Assembly (NCBI RefSeq): GCF_964213995.1
Contig: NC_135808.1
Location: 90,334,001-90,398,000 of the forward strand
Reading direction: 5' to 3'
DNA: 64,000 nt
DNA from: Mustelus asterias
Taxonomy: Eukaryota
Shown: piece by piece, positions 23,611 to 36,965 of the stretch
Numbering within the stretch: the first letter of the stretch is position 1
Layout: each line of letters starts with the position of its first letter
Translations under genes and position numbers: made by a program
Notes under the pieces: model-generated
Database searches by the model: none
Seen by the model: only the letters and a program-made list of their open reading frames with translations
What the model was told of the DNA's origin: nothing

Positions 23611-24353
23611 TGACACCAATGAACCGACAAAAATTAAATTTTCCATCTGCCATTGAACTGAAAATTGAACTCGTGTAACATAAAATTACATAGTATCAAC
23701 AGCACAGAGACAGGCCACTTAGTCCAATTGTCAAAGCTCCACATGATCCTCCCCACCGTTCTACTTTGGATCCTATCAGCATATTCTGTTCCATTCCCCT
23801 CATATGTCATGTAGTTTCTCCTACATTAGTCACCATCAAATGTTTGGTCCATAGTTTTGATACAGAACTAGAAACCTTATGCCTACACCTTCAAACCCTT
23901 TTATGATTTAATGGTCTCAGTTATGTCACCCTTTAGCCTTGTCTTTTCTGGAGAAATGTGCCAGTCTTTCCTGCTATATTGGCATAGTTCTGGTACCATA
24001 CTTGTGAGAGTTTGGCACCTTTCCCAGTGTCGTTATAATATTGTATTCCAAACTCTGTCGATTATTAGCTCCGCATAATCACTACAGTAACAATGGGTAT
24101 CATTTATACAATGAAATTCAACTTCCTTTTTTAAATGGTAGGCGACTCTTTAATCGAAATGCATTAAATTCAATAACATATTCAATAACATTGAGGATAG
24201 TTCTGCCCACCCTGTAGGTGTTGCTTTAAGGAGTTTGTGTTCATCTCTCTGTAATATTGCTGCTACCTGTAGAGGGCGCGTCAGCACCAGGCGGCGGCTG
24301 TCGTGATTACTTCTGTAACGACAGGCCGTAAATTGGTTTGTGGGGAGTCTAAG

Positions 24354-24359
24354 ATGGTG
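24354..24359 (+). CDS. CZIB: CZIB exon 1 (ATG GTG)
   Basis: AAGATGG Kozak, then gtgagt donor; two-codon first exon. Confidence 0.85.
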
Positions 24360-27300
24360 GTGAGTGGTAGTTTAGAAGTTTATATTTTTATTGACATTTG
24401 ATTCCTTGTCCGCAGGGGTTCTGATTTTCACATTGCACTCTCCTGTTTGCAGAAATTTGGGCTGCAGTTTAAAGCGACTTTGGAGAATATCAGCAAAGTG
24501 CGGCCGGACGGAGAGGATTTCCGCTGGTTCCTGAAGGTGGAGCTGCTCATGGATGTGTCTGTGTTAGAGGAGCAGGGAGGCTGGTGCCTGAGCACTGAGC
24601 CAGCCTAACACTGATCTCAGACCCCATTAACACAGCTCTGCTCAAACCCTATTAACACTGATCTCAAACCCCATTAACACTGATCTCAAACCCTATTAAC
24701 ACTGATCTCAAACCCCATTAACACTGATCTCAAACCCTATTAACACTGATCTCAAACCCCATATTAACACACAGCTCTACTCAAACCCCATTAACACATG
24801 GCTCTGCTCAAACCCCACATTAACACACAGCTCTGCTCAAACCCCATTAACACACAGCTCTGCTCAAACCCCACATTAACACACAGCTCTGCTCAAACCC
24901 CATTAACACACAGCTCCACTCAAACCCCATTAACACACAGCTCCACTCAAACCCCATTAACACAGCTCCACTCAAACCCCATTAACACACAGCTCTGCTC
25001 AAACCCCATTAACACACAGCTCTGCTCAAACCCCATTAACACAGCTCTGCTCAAACCCCATTAACACACAGCTCTGCTCGAACCCCATTAACACACAGCT
25101 CTGCTCGAACCCCATTAACACACAGCTCTGCTCGAACCCCATTATCACTCAGCTCTGCTCGAACCCCATTATCACTCAGCTCTGCTCGAACCCCATTATC
25201 ACACAGCTCTGCTCGAACCCCATTATCACACAGCTCTGCTCAAACCCCATTAAAACAGTTCTGCTCAAACCCCATTAACAAACAACTCTGCTCAAACCCC
25301 ATTAACACACAGCTCTGCTCAAACCCCATTAACACACAGCTCTGCTCAAACCCCATTAAAACAGCTCTGCTCGAACCCCATTAACACAGTGATCTACTGA
25401 AACCCCACAGCCCATCACACTGATCACTCAGACCCCATTATCACACTGCTCAAATCCAACGATCACATTTATCCACTCAAACCCCATTATCATTGATCTG
25501 CTCAAACCCGACTGTCACACTGCTCTCACAGCCCATCAAACTAATCTGCGCAAACCCCCACAGCCCATCACACTGATCTACTTTAACCCTGCACCTATAC
25601 AATGCGCTATACTGATCCACTCAACTCCTGCACCCTGCCCTATGTACTTACTCACATCCTGCTCTTCATCCATCAAACTGACTTGCTCAAAACGTGCAGC
25701 TAGTCCATCATACTGATCTATTCAAATCTCCACTCAACCCAACATACTGCTCTTATTAAAATGCTGCACCCAGTCTAATAAATTTGATTTGATTTATTGT
25801 CATATGTATTAGTATACAATGAAAAGTATTGTTTCTTGCATGCTATACAGGCAAAGCATACTGTTCATAGAGAAGGAAAGGAGAGAGTGCAGAACGTAGT
25901 GTTACAGTCATAACTAGGCTGTAGAGAAAGATCAACTTAATGCAAGGTAGGTCCATTCAAAACTCTGATGGCAGCAGGGAAGAAGCTGTTCTTGAATCAG
26001 TTGGTACATGACTTCAGACTTTTGTATCTTTTACCCAATGGAAGAAGGTGGAAGAGAGTATGTCCGGGGTACGTGGGGTCCTTAATTATGCTGGCTGCTT
26101 TGCTGAGGCAGCGGGAAGTGTAGACAGAGTCAATGGATGGGAGGCTGATTTGAGTGATGGACTGGGCTTCATTCATGACCCTTTGTAGTTTCTTGCAGTC
26201 TTGGGCAGAGCAGGAGCCATACCAAGCTATGATACAACCAGAAAGAATGCTTTCTATAGTGCATCTGTAAAAGTTGGTGAGAGTCGCAGCTGACATACCA
26301 AATTAGTCTTCTGAGAAAATCAAGGTGTTGGTGGGCTTTCTTAACTATAGTGTCAGCATGGGGGGACCAGGATAGGTTGCTGGTGATCTGAAGACCTAAA
26401 AACTTGAAGCTCTCAACCATTTCTACTTCGTCCCCGTTGATGTTGACAGGGGCATGTTCTCCACTATGCTTCCCGAAGTCAATGACAATCTCCTTCATTT
26501 TGTTGACATTGAGGGAGATATTATTGTCATCGCACCAATTCACCAGATTCTCTATCTCATTCCTGTACTCTGTCTCATCATTGTTTGAGATCTGACCCAC
26601 TACGGTGGTGTCATCAGCAAACTTGAAAATCGAGTTGGAGGGGAATTTGGCCACACAGTCATAGGTATATAAGGACTATAGCAGGGGCAGAGGAGACAGC
26701 CTTGTGGGGTACCTGTGTTAAGGATGATCGTGGAGGAGGTGTTGTTGCCTATCTTTACTGATTGCAGTCTGTGGCTTAGGAAGTTGAGGATCCAGTTGCA
26801 GAGGGAGGAGTCGAGCCCCAGGCCACGGAGTTTGGAGACGAGTTTCGTAGGAATAGTGGTGTTGAAGGCTGAGCTGTAGTCAATAATTAGGAGTCTGACC
26901 TAGGTGTCTTTGTTATCTAAGTACTCCAGGGTTGAGTGCAGGGCCAGGGAGAAGGCATCTGTTGTGGACCAATTGCGGCGGTAGGCGAACTGTAGTGGAT
27001 CCAGGCAATCTTGTAGACTGGAAGTGATTCTTGCCATGACTAACCTTTTGAAGCACTGCTCTATTCAACACTAAACTAAAGCTATCTAAACGGCTCTATT
27101 CAACAGTGCACCAACTCCAACATACCACTGTATTCCAGTCCTGCAAAATTATCACTTACTGCAAAACTTCTGCCTTAAAATGCTGATTTTGAGAGCCTTT
27201 GATTCTATTAAACTCAAGCTGGATGGCAAAAGAGTTCAAAGTGGACAATGGACAGCATAGAGTGGGTTTGAGGTTTGATTTGTTAATGATGAGTGTTAAA

Positions 27301-30300
27301 TTAAATCTTCTAATAACAATATTCATTCTTGAGGCAGAAATATAAATAGAAACATCAACATTTTTTTCAAAAAAAGACAATTGCGTGTTGCTGACATTTA
27401 ACTTATGTCTGCACATCCCTGTAGAAACATCATCTGTAGAAACATCTCCACATCATCCCTGTAGAAACAGGACTGTAGGTTCAAAGTTAGGCTCATAGCA
27501 ACACACTATAAAGGATTCCCTGGGTTATTGCAATTACAGGGGAAGAGCAAATCTGATTATTTCAGAAAATTGTGCATTAGTGCAGTATCTGTAAGACTCA
27601 AACGGGCAGGTTTTTTGTTTCTACTTGGACTTGAGTGTAAAAATCACCTCGTCAGAGCTAATAGAAGAACATAAGGAAAGATGTATCACTTCTCGGATTT
27701 TTTTTTTGTCCACTAATCTCATTGGGCAGAAAATGCTGTTGCCTCAACATTTCTTAACCCCTTTCTCACACTAAGGTTTAGAAATGAAGGAAAATCCTGC
27801 AATAAAACATTAAAACTAGAGGACACAGCCTCAAAATAAAGGGGGGTTGGTTTAAGACAGAGTTGAGGAGGAACTTCTTCTCCCAGAGGGTGGTGAATCT
27901 CTGGAATTCTCTGCCCACTGAGGTGGTGGAGGCTACCTCGCTGAATATGTTTAAAGCGCGGATGGATGGATTCCTGATCGGTAAGGGAATTAAGGGTTAT
28001 GGGGATCAGGCGGGTAAGTGGTACTGATCCACGTCAGATCAGCCATGATCTTACTGAATGGCGGGGCAGGCTCGAGGGGCTAGATGGCCTACTCCTGCTC
28101 CTATTTCTTATGTTCTTATGTTCTTAAAAGCTTTTACATGGGGCTTCCTTTAATAACTCAAATGAATACTTCCATGGAGCTACTGTAGATCCTGACCCCA
28201 ATTCCTGGTATGTACCCTGTTAGATGATGTTAGAACAGTGGTGGGGCTCTATAATTAGGCTTCGTTGACTAGGCTGGGATGTACCAGGGTTTTTGTTTCT
28301 CATCACTGCCCATTCATGCCCATTGGAAAGTATGAGTGTGTGTATATCATACAAAGGCAAAATTGGTCTCAGCCTTGATACCCTTCATGATTGATCATTG
28401 AGTTATGGTCATTCGGGCAAAGTATTAGAGGGCTACTGATGCTTCTCAAATTGTGACTCTGACTGTGTACAATCTACAAGCAAGAAGGAGGAAATGAGGT
28501 TGAGGCGCCACAGGATTCCTAGTTACTAGCAAGTTCATGTAAAAACAAGTTTTCATTATGCACGCAATCCATTTATCTTATAAATATAACTTTAGATTTA
28601 ATGTTTTTGTTCTATGTAGTTAACTATGACAGTGTTTCTATTTGCAATGGAATTTGCTGATTGCCGATGGGATTGCAGAATGGAAATAAAATGGAGTTTT
28701 TAGTTGAAGTGTAGATAGACAGCAGGAGATTATTGAACCAGATGTTAGTACTGTTCTAGTTGTATCATAGATCAGTGACTTCTATTGCGTCAATCATAAG
28801 TGTTTAACTAATTTCTTTATGCTTTTGCATTAGTTGAAATGTCAGAATTGCGGAGAGATTTCTGATAAATGGCAGTATGTCACTTTAATGGTGAGTTGTA
28901 TTTTAAATGATTTTTCCATAATTCAATAAAATTAAGTGACTACATGTTCTATGTATTTGATCATAGTACCATATTTAGTTTGCTGTTTGAAAAAGTTTAC
29001 ACCCTGATGTGTTTCCCCCCCCCCCCCAATTCTAAATTTTCAGCCTGCTCCTTTTAATATGTTAGAAGGTGCCGCATTAATGTAAGCTGTTGTTATTTTG
29101 TACAGAACAGTACCCCACTCAAAGGTGGGAGAGGAAGTGCTAGTATGATACAAAAGTGCAAGCTGTGCTCAAGAGAAAACTCCATTGGTAGGTAATTCAT
29201 ACAGTGCAAGAGGACCTACGGCCCATCGAGTCAGTGGATAATTAGCAGAGGAATCTAATTATAGTGGTCATCAATGTTGTTTTAATTACACTTTTATGCA
29301 GAATTTTCAGATTCTTTAAATCATCGTTATTAATAAGAGATTATTTATGCCTATAGTGATAACTGTGGAAAGGGTTTTTTATTATTTTACAAACATATCA
29401 AGAGTTTGACACTTTTCTGATTTCTGTTTTTGGTTTGCATCTTACTAAGTTTGAAAACCACACCAAATCTTAAGCTTAATTTTCTTCAATGGTACGTTTA
29501 TGCTGGATAACAGCTACCATTAGAAGCAGTTCTGCATGCGGTGACGGTGTTTGTAGTGTCAGTTCATTTTTATTTTGAAAAGCAAAGTCAGAGCTCTGGC
29601 AACAACACTCAGGCAAACTATCAGTGTGTAAGGTTGTGAAAGTTCAATTGTCCAAAGTCACAGTCATAAAATGTAAATACTTTGCCATATCCTGTATCTC
29701 GTGGAGTTTTTTTAAATAAGTAATGCATGTTGATCCACAACAGTGGGCTTAGCCTGCCTCTGACAGAAATGACAGAAGTGTTAGTGAGGGATCACTTTGG
29801 GACCAGTGACCATAATTCTATTAGTTTTAAGATAACTATGGAGAAGGATAGGTTTAGTTAAAATTCTAAATTGGGGCAAGGCCAATTTTGATGGTATCAG
29901 GCAGGAACTTTCAAAAGTTAATTGGGGGAGTCTGTGGGAAGGCAAAGGGATGTCTGGTCAGTGGCAGGCTTTCAAAAGTGTGTTAACCAGGGTTCAGGGT
30001 AAACACATTCCTCTTAGAGTGAAGGGCAAGGCTGGCAGAAGTAGGGAACCCTGAATGACTCAGGATTTTGAGGCCCTGGGCAAGAAGAAAAAAGAGGCAC
30101 ATGACATGCATAGGCAGCTGGGATCAAGTGAATCCCTTGACGAGTATAGGGGGTGTAGGAGTAGAGTTAAGAGAGAAATTAGGAGGGCAAAAAGGGGACA
30201 CGAGATTGTTTTGGCAGACAAGGCAAAGGAGAATCCAAAGAGTTTCTACAAATACATAAAGGGCAAAAGAGTAACAAGGGAGAGAGTAGGGCCTCTTAAG

Positions 30301-33300
30301 GATCAACAAGGTCATCTATGTACGGATCCACAAGAGATGGGTGAGATCCTAAATGAATATTTCTCATCAGTATTTACTGTTGAGAAAAGCATGGATGTTA
30401 GGGAACTTGGGGAAATAAATAGTGATGTCTTGAGGAGTGTACATATTACAGAGAAGGAGGTGCTGGAAGTTTTAAAGCGCATCAAGGTAGATAAATCCCC
30501 GGGACCTGATGAAGTGTATCCCAGGACGTTGTGGGAGGCTAGGGAGGAAATTGCGGATCCCCTCGCCGAGATATTTGAATCATCGATAGTCACGGGTGAG
30601 GTGCCTGAAGATTGGAGAGTGGCAAATGTTGTGCCTTTGTTTAAAAAGGGCTGCAGGGAAAAGCCTGGGAACTACAGGCCAGTGAGCCTCACATCTGTGG
30701 TGGGTAAGTTGTTGGAAGGTATTTTGAGAGACAGGATCTACAGGCATTTAGAGACGCAAGGACTGATTAGGGACAGTCAGCATGGTTTTGTGAGTGGAAA
30801 ATCATATTTCACAAATTTGATTGAGTTTTTTGAAGGGGTAACCAAGAAGGTAGATGAGGGCAGTGCAGTTGATGTTGTCTACGTGGACTTTAGCAAGGTC
30901 TTTGACAAGGTACCGCATGGTAGGTTGTTGCATAAGGTTAAATCTCACGGGATCCAGGGTGAGATATCTAAATGGATACAAAATTGGCTTCTTGACAGAA
31001 GCCAGAGGGTGGTTGTAGAGGGTTGTTTTTCAAACTGGAGGCCTGTGACCAGCGGTGTGCCTCAGGGATCAATGCTGGGTCCACTGTTATTTGTCATTTA
31101 TATTAATGATTTGGACAAGAATATAGGAGGCATGGGGTTAGTAAGTTTGGAGATGACACCAAGATTGGTGGCATAGTGGACAGTGAAGAAAGTTATCTAG
31201 GATTGCAATGGGATTTTGATCAATTGGGCCAGTGGGCTGACAAATGAGAGGTGATGCATTTTGGTAGATTGAACCAGGACAGTTAATAGTAGAGTGTTGG
31301 GGAGAGTTACAGAACAAAGAGATCTAGGGGTACATGTTCTTTGAAAGTGGAGTCATAGGTAGACAGAGTGGTGAAGAAGGCATTCGGCATGCTTGGTTTC
31401 ATCGGTCAGAACATTGAATACAGGAATTGGGACGTCTTGTTGAAGTTGTACAAGACATTGGTAAGGCCACACTTGGAATACTGTGTACAGTTCTGGTCAC
31501 CCTATTATAGAAAGGATATTATTAAACTAGAAAGAGTGCAGAAAAGATTTACTAGGATGCTACCGGGACTTGATGGTTTGAGTTATAAGGAGAGGCTGAA
31601 TAGACTGGGACTTTTTTCTCTGGAGCGTAGAAGGCTGAGGGGTGATCTTATAGAGGTCTGTAAAATAATGAGGGTCACAGATCAGCTAGATAGTCAATAT
31701 CTTTTCCCAAAAGTAGGGGAGTCTAAATCCAGAGAGCATAGGTTTAAGGTGAGAGGGGAGAGATACAAAAGTGTCCAGAGGGGCAACTTTTTCACACAAA
31801 GGGTGGTGAGTGTCTGGAACAAGCTGCCAGAGGTAGTAGTAGAGGTGGGTACAATGGTGTCTTTTAAAAAGCATTTAGATAGTTACATGGGTACGATGGG
31901 GATAGAGGGATATGGGCCAAATGCAGGCAATTGGGATTAGTTTAGGGGTTTAAAAAAAGGGCGGCATGGACAAGTTGGGCCGAAGGGCCTGTTTCCATGC
32001 TGTAAACCTCTCTGACTCTATGACTATGATTCTGACCTGAGTGGTGACCAATGATGCCCCACGCTAATCACTGAGTGTGTCATGGAAATCTGTATCACAA
32101 GGTTCAGTATTTCTTCTAATTCCAACAAGAAATGAAGCGTCTTATCAATGGTAAAAGTGATTTAAGGGAAAATATACTAATTTTGATATTTTTTTCATTT
32201 TTATTAAATGCGTATGAACTTACCTTCTGCGATCCCTGCTGCGAGAGAACAAGTAACTTTGTAAAGGATTTTTGTAGAGTATTCTTAGATTTAGTTCTCT
32301 TTTACTTTCTGTGGAACCACTGAATTTCAGGGTGTTGAATATTAGCTTTGGAGCATTTTGAGCTTCCTCTGGGCATGTTTTTCAGTCTGACAAACTAGTT
32401 GCTGATGCGGAGATTTCTGTGGTGCATATGTTCAGTGCTAGCCCAGTGTTTAGCTGTAGTTGGGTTCCTTCTAATTACTGAGGCAGAACCAGATTGTTCA
32501 TAAACCCAGTATTCTGTTTCACCGTCCCTTATATCATCTCCATCACAAAGACTGCTACTTCAACCTCCATATAATTGCTTGTTTCCATCTTTATCACAGT
32601 GCATGTTACTGAGATTGTCACCTGTGGCTTCCTCACCTCCACACTCAACTATGCCAGTGCTCGCCTGTCATTCTGTAAATTCTGTAAACTTAAATTTGTC
32701 TAAAACTCAGCAAATACCCAAACTTGCACCAAATTCAAATCTCCCACCACCCCTCTGCTCACTAAACTACATTTGCTCCTGGTCCAACAATGTCTCAAAT
32801 TTAAGAGCCATATCCTTCAAGCCCCCACATAACCTTGCTCTTTTGTCTCTAATTTGCTCCAACCCTAGAACCCTCAGCATTCTCTGTTCCTCCATTCCTC
32901 ATTTAATTTGTACTTTCATTGATGTTTGCACTTTCAACTGTCTCGGCTTTAAGCTCTGGAATTTCCTCCGTGGAATTCCCTGCCTCTCTCCTCTTTAAGG
33001 TGCCCCTTAAAACCTACCATATCTCCATATGTGGCTTATTGTCAAATCTTGTCTGATTACCCTCGTGTGAAGTGTGCTGGCGTGTTTTACTGTATTAAAG
33101 TGGCTGTATGAATGTAAATAGTTGTTGTTATTCCAGGGCAAGAAATACAGCAGTTTGTGGACTTTCCTACGTAGCAGCTCACTGGCACCCTGATGTCAGC
33201 AAATTTACTCCCAAAATGAAATAAAATTGGAGATCACAGAATCCAACAGTGCAGAAGGAGGCCATTCGGCCCTTTGAATCTTCACCGACCACACTCCCAC

Positions 33301-36300
33301 CTAGGTCCTATCCCCATAACCCCGTGGCATTTACTCTAGCTATAATCCCACTGACACTAAGGGGCAATTGAGCATGGCCAATCCACCTAACCCGCACATC
33401 TTTGGACTGTGGGAGGAAACCGGAGCACCCAGAGGAAACTCACACAGACATGGAGAAAATGTGCAAACTCCACACAGACAGTGACTCAAGCTGGGAATTG
33501 AACACGGGTCCCTGGCACTGTGAGGCAGCAGTGCTAACCACTGTGCCACTGTGACGGGGCTCATTGGGTCAAAAAAGCAATAATAGATCTACGATTATGT
33601 CTTACTAGCTAGAAGATTCTTCAGTTTTGTTTTTATGGTACTTCTAATTGGGGCTTTTGAAATAACTGATTGTGTGTTTGGAATTATTGTTGTTGACACT
33701 TTGCTTCTTCTTTGATCACTTCTTACACTAATCTATGAGCAGATCAGTATTTTTTACAGTAGTGAGTAAATTATATTCACTTGTGAATTTGAATAGCAGA
33801 ATTCTGTTCAGGCCTCATCACCATATTAACTTGTTACTTGTGCTCATCTGGCAGTCGCAGTTGCTGCAGTCTGATTGCCAGATATACAATCTGGTAATTG
33901 TTCCTTTAAAATCTGTTGCTGCAGCTTCACATCATCATCCTTTTTGTTGAGGGAGAGCATTAATTATCCGGAACAAAAAGCAAAAACTCTGCTAATTATG
34001 CTTGTTGGCCACTATTTAATTAAATAATTGAAACTATAGAATTATCTGGCAGTCCAGTGCAGTGATATTTACCCAATGTACAACATGGAATTTACTGTTT
34101 AAGCACTTGTTAATTTGTGTATTATTTCACCTGCAGTGATTACAATTCTATTTTTGGATTTAAATGTTATTAAAATTTCAATCCTTGATGTGTACTTTTT
34201 CATTGGTTTTTAGATATTCTGAAGGACAGCATCAAACCATACAATGTAAGTTGGCGCTTGAGGGATACAAAGTGTTAACTGCTCAGTGATATTGTAAATT
34301 TGCTTTCTTGTGTGGGTAATTGGTCTGCTCAGTTATCTGCTGTTCTTCCCAAAACAATTTTACATGCAAGTTGATGCAACATAATGTATTAGCTTACAGA
34401 ATGATTCTGCAAATGCAGTGGATTATCATGCTGTGATTCTTTTTTACTAAGGCTGAAGACAGTGAAAAGTTTAAAACTATAGTACACTTCGAGTGTCGAG
34501 GATTAGAACCAGTGAACTTTCAACCACAGGTAAGTAACAGAGTACCTTAGGAATCTTGGTGCCTCCACCACTCTCTATGGAAGAGTGTTCTGCAGACTCA
34601 TCACCCTCCTAGAGAATAAATTTATCCTCTGCAGAGATTTATCTGGATTTTCTAAAAAAAGAATCTTCAGTAAGGTACCCCATAATAGAATAAGGTCAAA
34701 GAATGCAGGGTGAAGTGGTAGAATGAATTGTGAGCTGGCTTCAAGACAGAAAGTTAAGAGTGGGTGTAAATGGTAACTATTCAGTGCCAAATGGTGGCTA
34801 GTGCTTTTCCATAAGGATCAATGTTCAGACCACTGCTCTACAAATTACATTAATGATTTGGACTTTGGAGTCAAAAATACAATTTTGAAATTTGTAGGTG
34901 GATTGAGGCGGTTTTGAGCTGGGCTGCAAACAACTAAGGTGAACATTCATAAATTTGCAGAATGACAAATAATTGGCAAATGAATTTCAACATTGATAAA
35001 TGTGAGTAGGAAGAATAGGCAGGGGGCTTCACTTATTTCTTGGAAGGCGAGAGTCTAGATGGAGTAGAGGAACAAAGGGATTTTAGGAGTATAAATACAC
35101 CAATTGTGAAAGTTGTGTCACAGATTGACAAGATCCCAAAAAAGCAAACCAAGCACCAGGCTTTATTTCTAGAGAATTCAAAAGCAGGGAAGTTATGCTA
35201 AACCTGTACGGCTGTCTCACAGTGCCAGGGAGCCAGGTTCAATTCTGGCCTTGGGTGACTGTGTGGAGTTTGCACGTTCTCCCGTGTCTGCGTGGGTTTC
35301 CTCTGGGGAATCCGGTTCCCTCTCACACTCCAAAGATTTGCGGGTTAGGTTGATTGGCCATGCTAAATTGATGCTTAATGTCAGGGGATTAGCAGTGTAA
35401 ATACATTAGGTTACAGGGATGGGACTTGGGTGGGATTGTTGTCAGTGCAGGCTCAATGGGCCGAATGGCCTCCTTCTGCACTGTAGCGATTCTATGAACC
35501 TTGGTTAGACTGCATTTGGAGAACTTTTTGGACGGCACGGTGGCACAGTGGTTGCCTCACAGTATTGCCTCACAGCGTCAGGGACCGGGTTCAATTCCGG
35601 CCTCCGACTGTATGTGTGTAGGTTGCACGTTCTCCCCGTGTCTGCATGGGTTTCCTCCGGGTGCTCCGATTTCCTCCCGCAGTCTGAATGGCGAGCTGGT
35701 TAGGTGGATTGCCTATGCTAAATTGCTCCTTAGTGTCAGGGAGATTAGCAGCGTTTAGGGGAAAGGGCCATTGTGGGATTGTTGCCAGTGCAGGCTCAAT
35801 GGGCCGAATGGCCTCCTTCTGCACTGTAGGGATTCTATGATTCTAACTGTGTGCAGTCTGGTCACCATATTATATATAGGATTTTGAGATACCGGAGAGG
35901 GTGCAGAGAACATCAACAAGGGTGATACCTGAAATGTGGGTGTAAATATAAGATGAACAGATTAGATCACTTTCCTCTTGAAAACATAAGGCTGACGGTT
36001 GATAGAAGGGATACAAAAAGAATGCTTCCATTTGTGAGGAAGAGCATAATTAGAGGCCATCAATATCAGAAAGTCATCAAGAAGGGAATTCAGAAGAAAG
36101 TTCTGAATAAGAGGGACGTAGATTGTTATACTGATATTAGATGAGAAAAGACGGAAGGAGGCTTGAGTGGAGCATTAACACTGACTGGGCCGAGAGGCCT
36201 GTTTCTGTGTCATATGTCCTATGTAATATATAATCCTGAAGAATTTAATTGTTAGAAATTTTTAAAATGTGCAGTTTATTTTGCATTTTCTTTTCAGTCA

Positions 36301-36965
36301 CTTAACTAATCCAATCATTTTTCCTTCTCCATTTCATCTGATTTGATATTGAATATTCAAACTTACAATTCCTGGTTCAAATTGAATGCTCATCATTAAT
36401 AATTCTTCAGTCTGATTAAGGAGAGAGTTACTTGCCCTGTTCACAGACAAATAAGCCCCGTTGATTTTGTTTATTTGCTTAACCGAAAGAAGCAGAAATG
36501 AGCCCCAGATGCCCTGTAAAGGACGCTAATCACAGTAAGTTCCAGTAAAAAAATCCCCCCAAGAAAATCTGTGGGGAAGTGTAATAAGTAGCTGGAGCCA
36601 CGAGAGCGAAAGCTGCAGCATTGGTGTGTATCCTTTGCTCCTGTCAAAAAACTTAGTTGAACGTTAATCATTATATTGAAGTGCTGTTCTGCTGTTGACT
36701 GAAATTTGTTCTCCGCTTTTAGGCTGGATTTGCTGCAGAAGGGGCCGAATCCGGAACACAATTTGGTGAGATTAATCTGATGGAAAAGGTGAGTTCCCCA
36801 TGCATTCCATTCCATAGGAGTTAGAAAAGGTGTAAATAAGACTCACTAAACAAATATTTGAGTAACATATTGTTTCATTTTGTTTAGGATTGGAATGATT
36901 ATGATGAGAAAATCCGGGAATCAGTGGGAATCTATGAAGTTACTCATCAGTTTGTTAAAATTTGA
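24354..36965 (+). CDS. CZIB: CXXC motif containing zinc binding protein (C1orf123/UPF0587), 8 coding exons, 160 aa
   Basis: join(24354..24359,24453..24536,28834..28890,29106..29187,34214..34245,34452..34529,36723..36788,36888..36965) = 483 nt; CQNC and CKLC zinc motifs; GT-AG introns. Confidence 0.96.
24453..24536 (+). CDS. CZIB: CZIB exon 2
   Basis: [28 protein letters not shown]. Confidence 0.95.
24602..25560. repeat. Minisatellite in CZIB intron 2 (22-bp and ~25-28-bp units)
   Basis: Units CTGATCTCAAACCCCATTAACA and CACAGCTCTGCTCAAACCCCATTAACA, decaying after ~25390. Confidence 0.95.
25781..27057 (-). mobile_element. Rex1/Babar-type LINE, 5'-truncated
   Basis: [42 protein letters not shown]; (ATCAA)n tail; short 3' copy at ~10242-10362. 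Confidence 0.85.
27812..28125 (+). mobile_element. CR1 3' end
   Basis: TRGHSLK...[11 protein letters not shown]; (TTCTTATG)n tail. Confidence 0.85.
28834..28890 (+). CDS. CZIB: CZIB exon 3
   Basis: [19 protein letters not shown]; tag/gtgagt. Confidence 0.96.
29106..29187 (+). CDS. CZIB: CZIB exon 4
   Basis: [27 protein letters not shown](D). Confidence 0.96.
29765..32032 (+). mobile_element. CR1 LINE, 5'-truncated, in CZIB intron 4
   Basis: ORFs 30055..31176 and 31368..31940 with CR1 RT motifs; (CTATGA)n tail. Confidence 0.93.
33235..33553 (-). mobile_element. V-domain SINE
   Basis: Reverse complement of the family consensus. Confidence 0.85.
34214..34245 (+). CDS. CZIB: CZIB exon 5
   Basis: (D)[10 protein letters not shown]; tag/gtaagt. 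Confidence 0.93.
34452..34529 (+). CDS. CZIB: CZIB exon 6
   Basis: [26 protein letters not shown]. Confidence 0.96.
34650..36220 (+). mobile_element. Old CR1 interrupted by two V-SINEs
   Basis: Degenerate RT remnants flanking SINEs at ~35210 and ~35530. Confidence 0.6.
35210..35845 (+). mobile_element. Two adjacent V-domain SINEs (~35210-35497, ~35530-35845)
   Basis: Two heads, V domains and CR1-type tails. Confidence 0.82.
36723..36788 (+). CDS. CZIB: CZIB exon 7
   Basis: [22 protein letters not shown]. Confidence 0.96.
36888..36965 (+). CDS. CZIB: CZIB exon 8 (coding part)
   Basis: [28 protein letters not shown]; AATAAA at 37317. Confidence 0.96.
   Translation, partial: DWNDYDEKIRESVGIYEVTHQFVKI

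Noticed and set aside
24602-25400. CRISPR-like array or repetitive protein ORF 24798..25064
   Set aside because: Head-to-tail units without unique spacers, in a vertebrate intron; it is a minisatellite.
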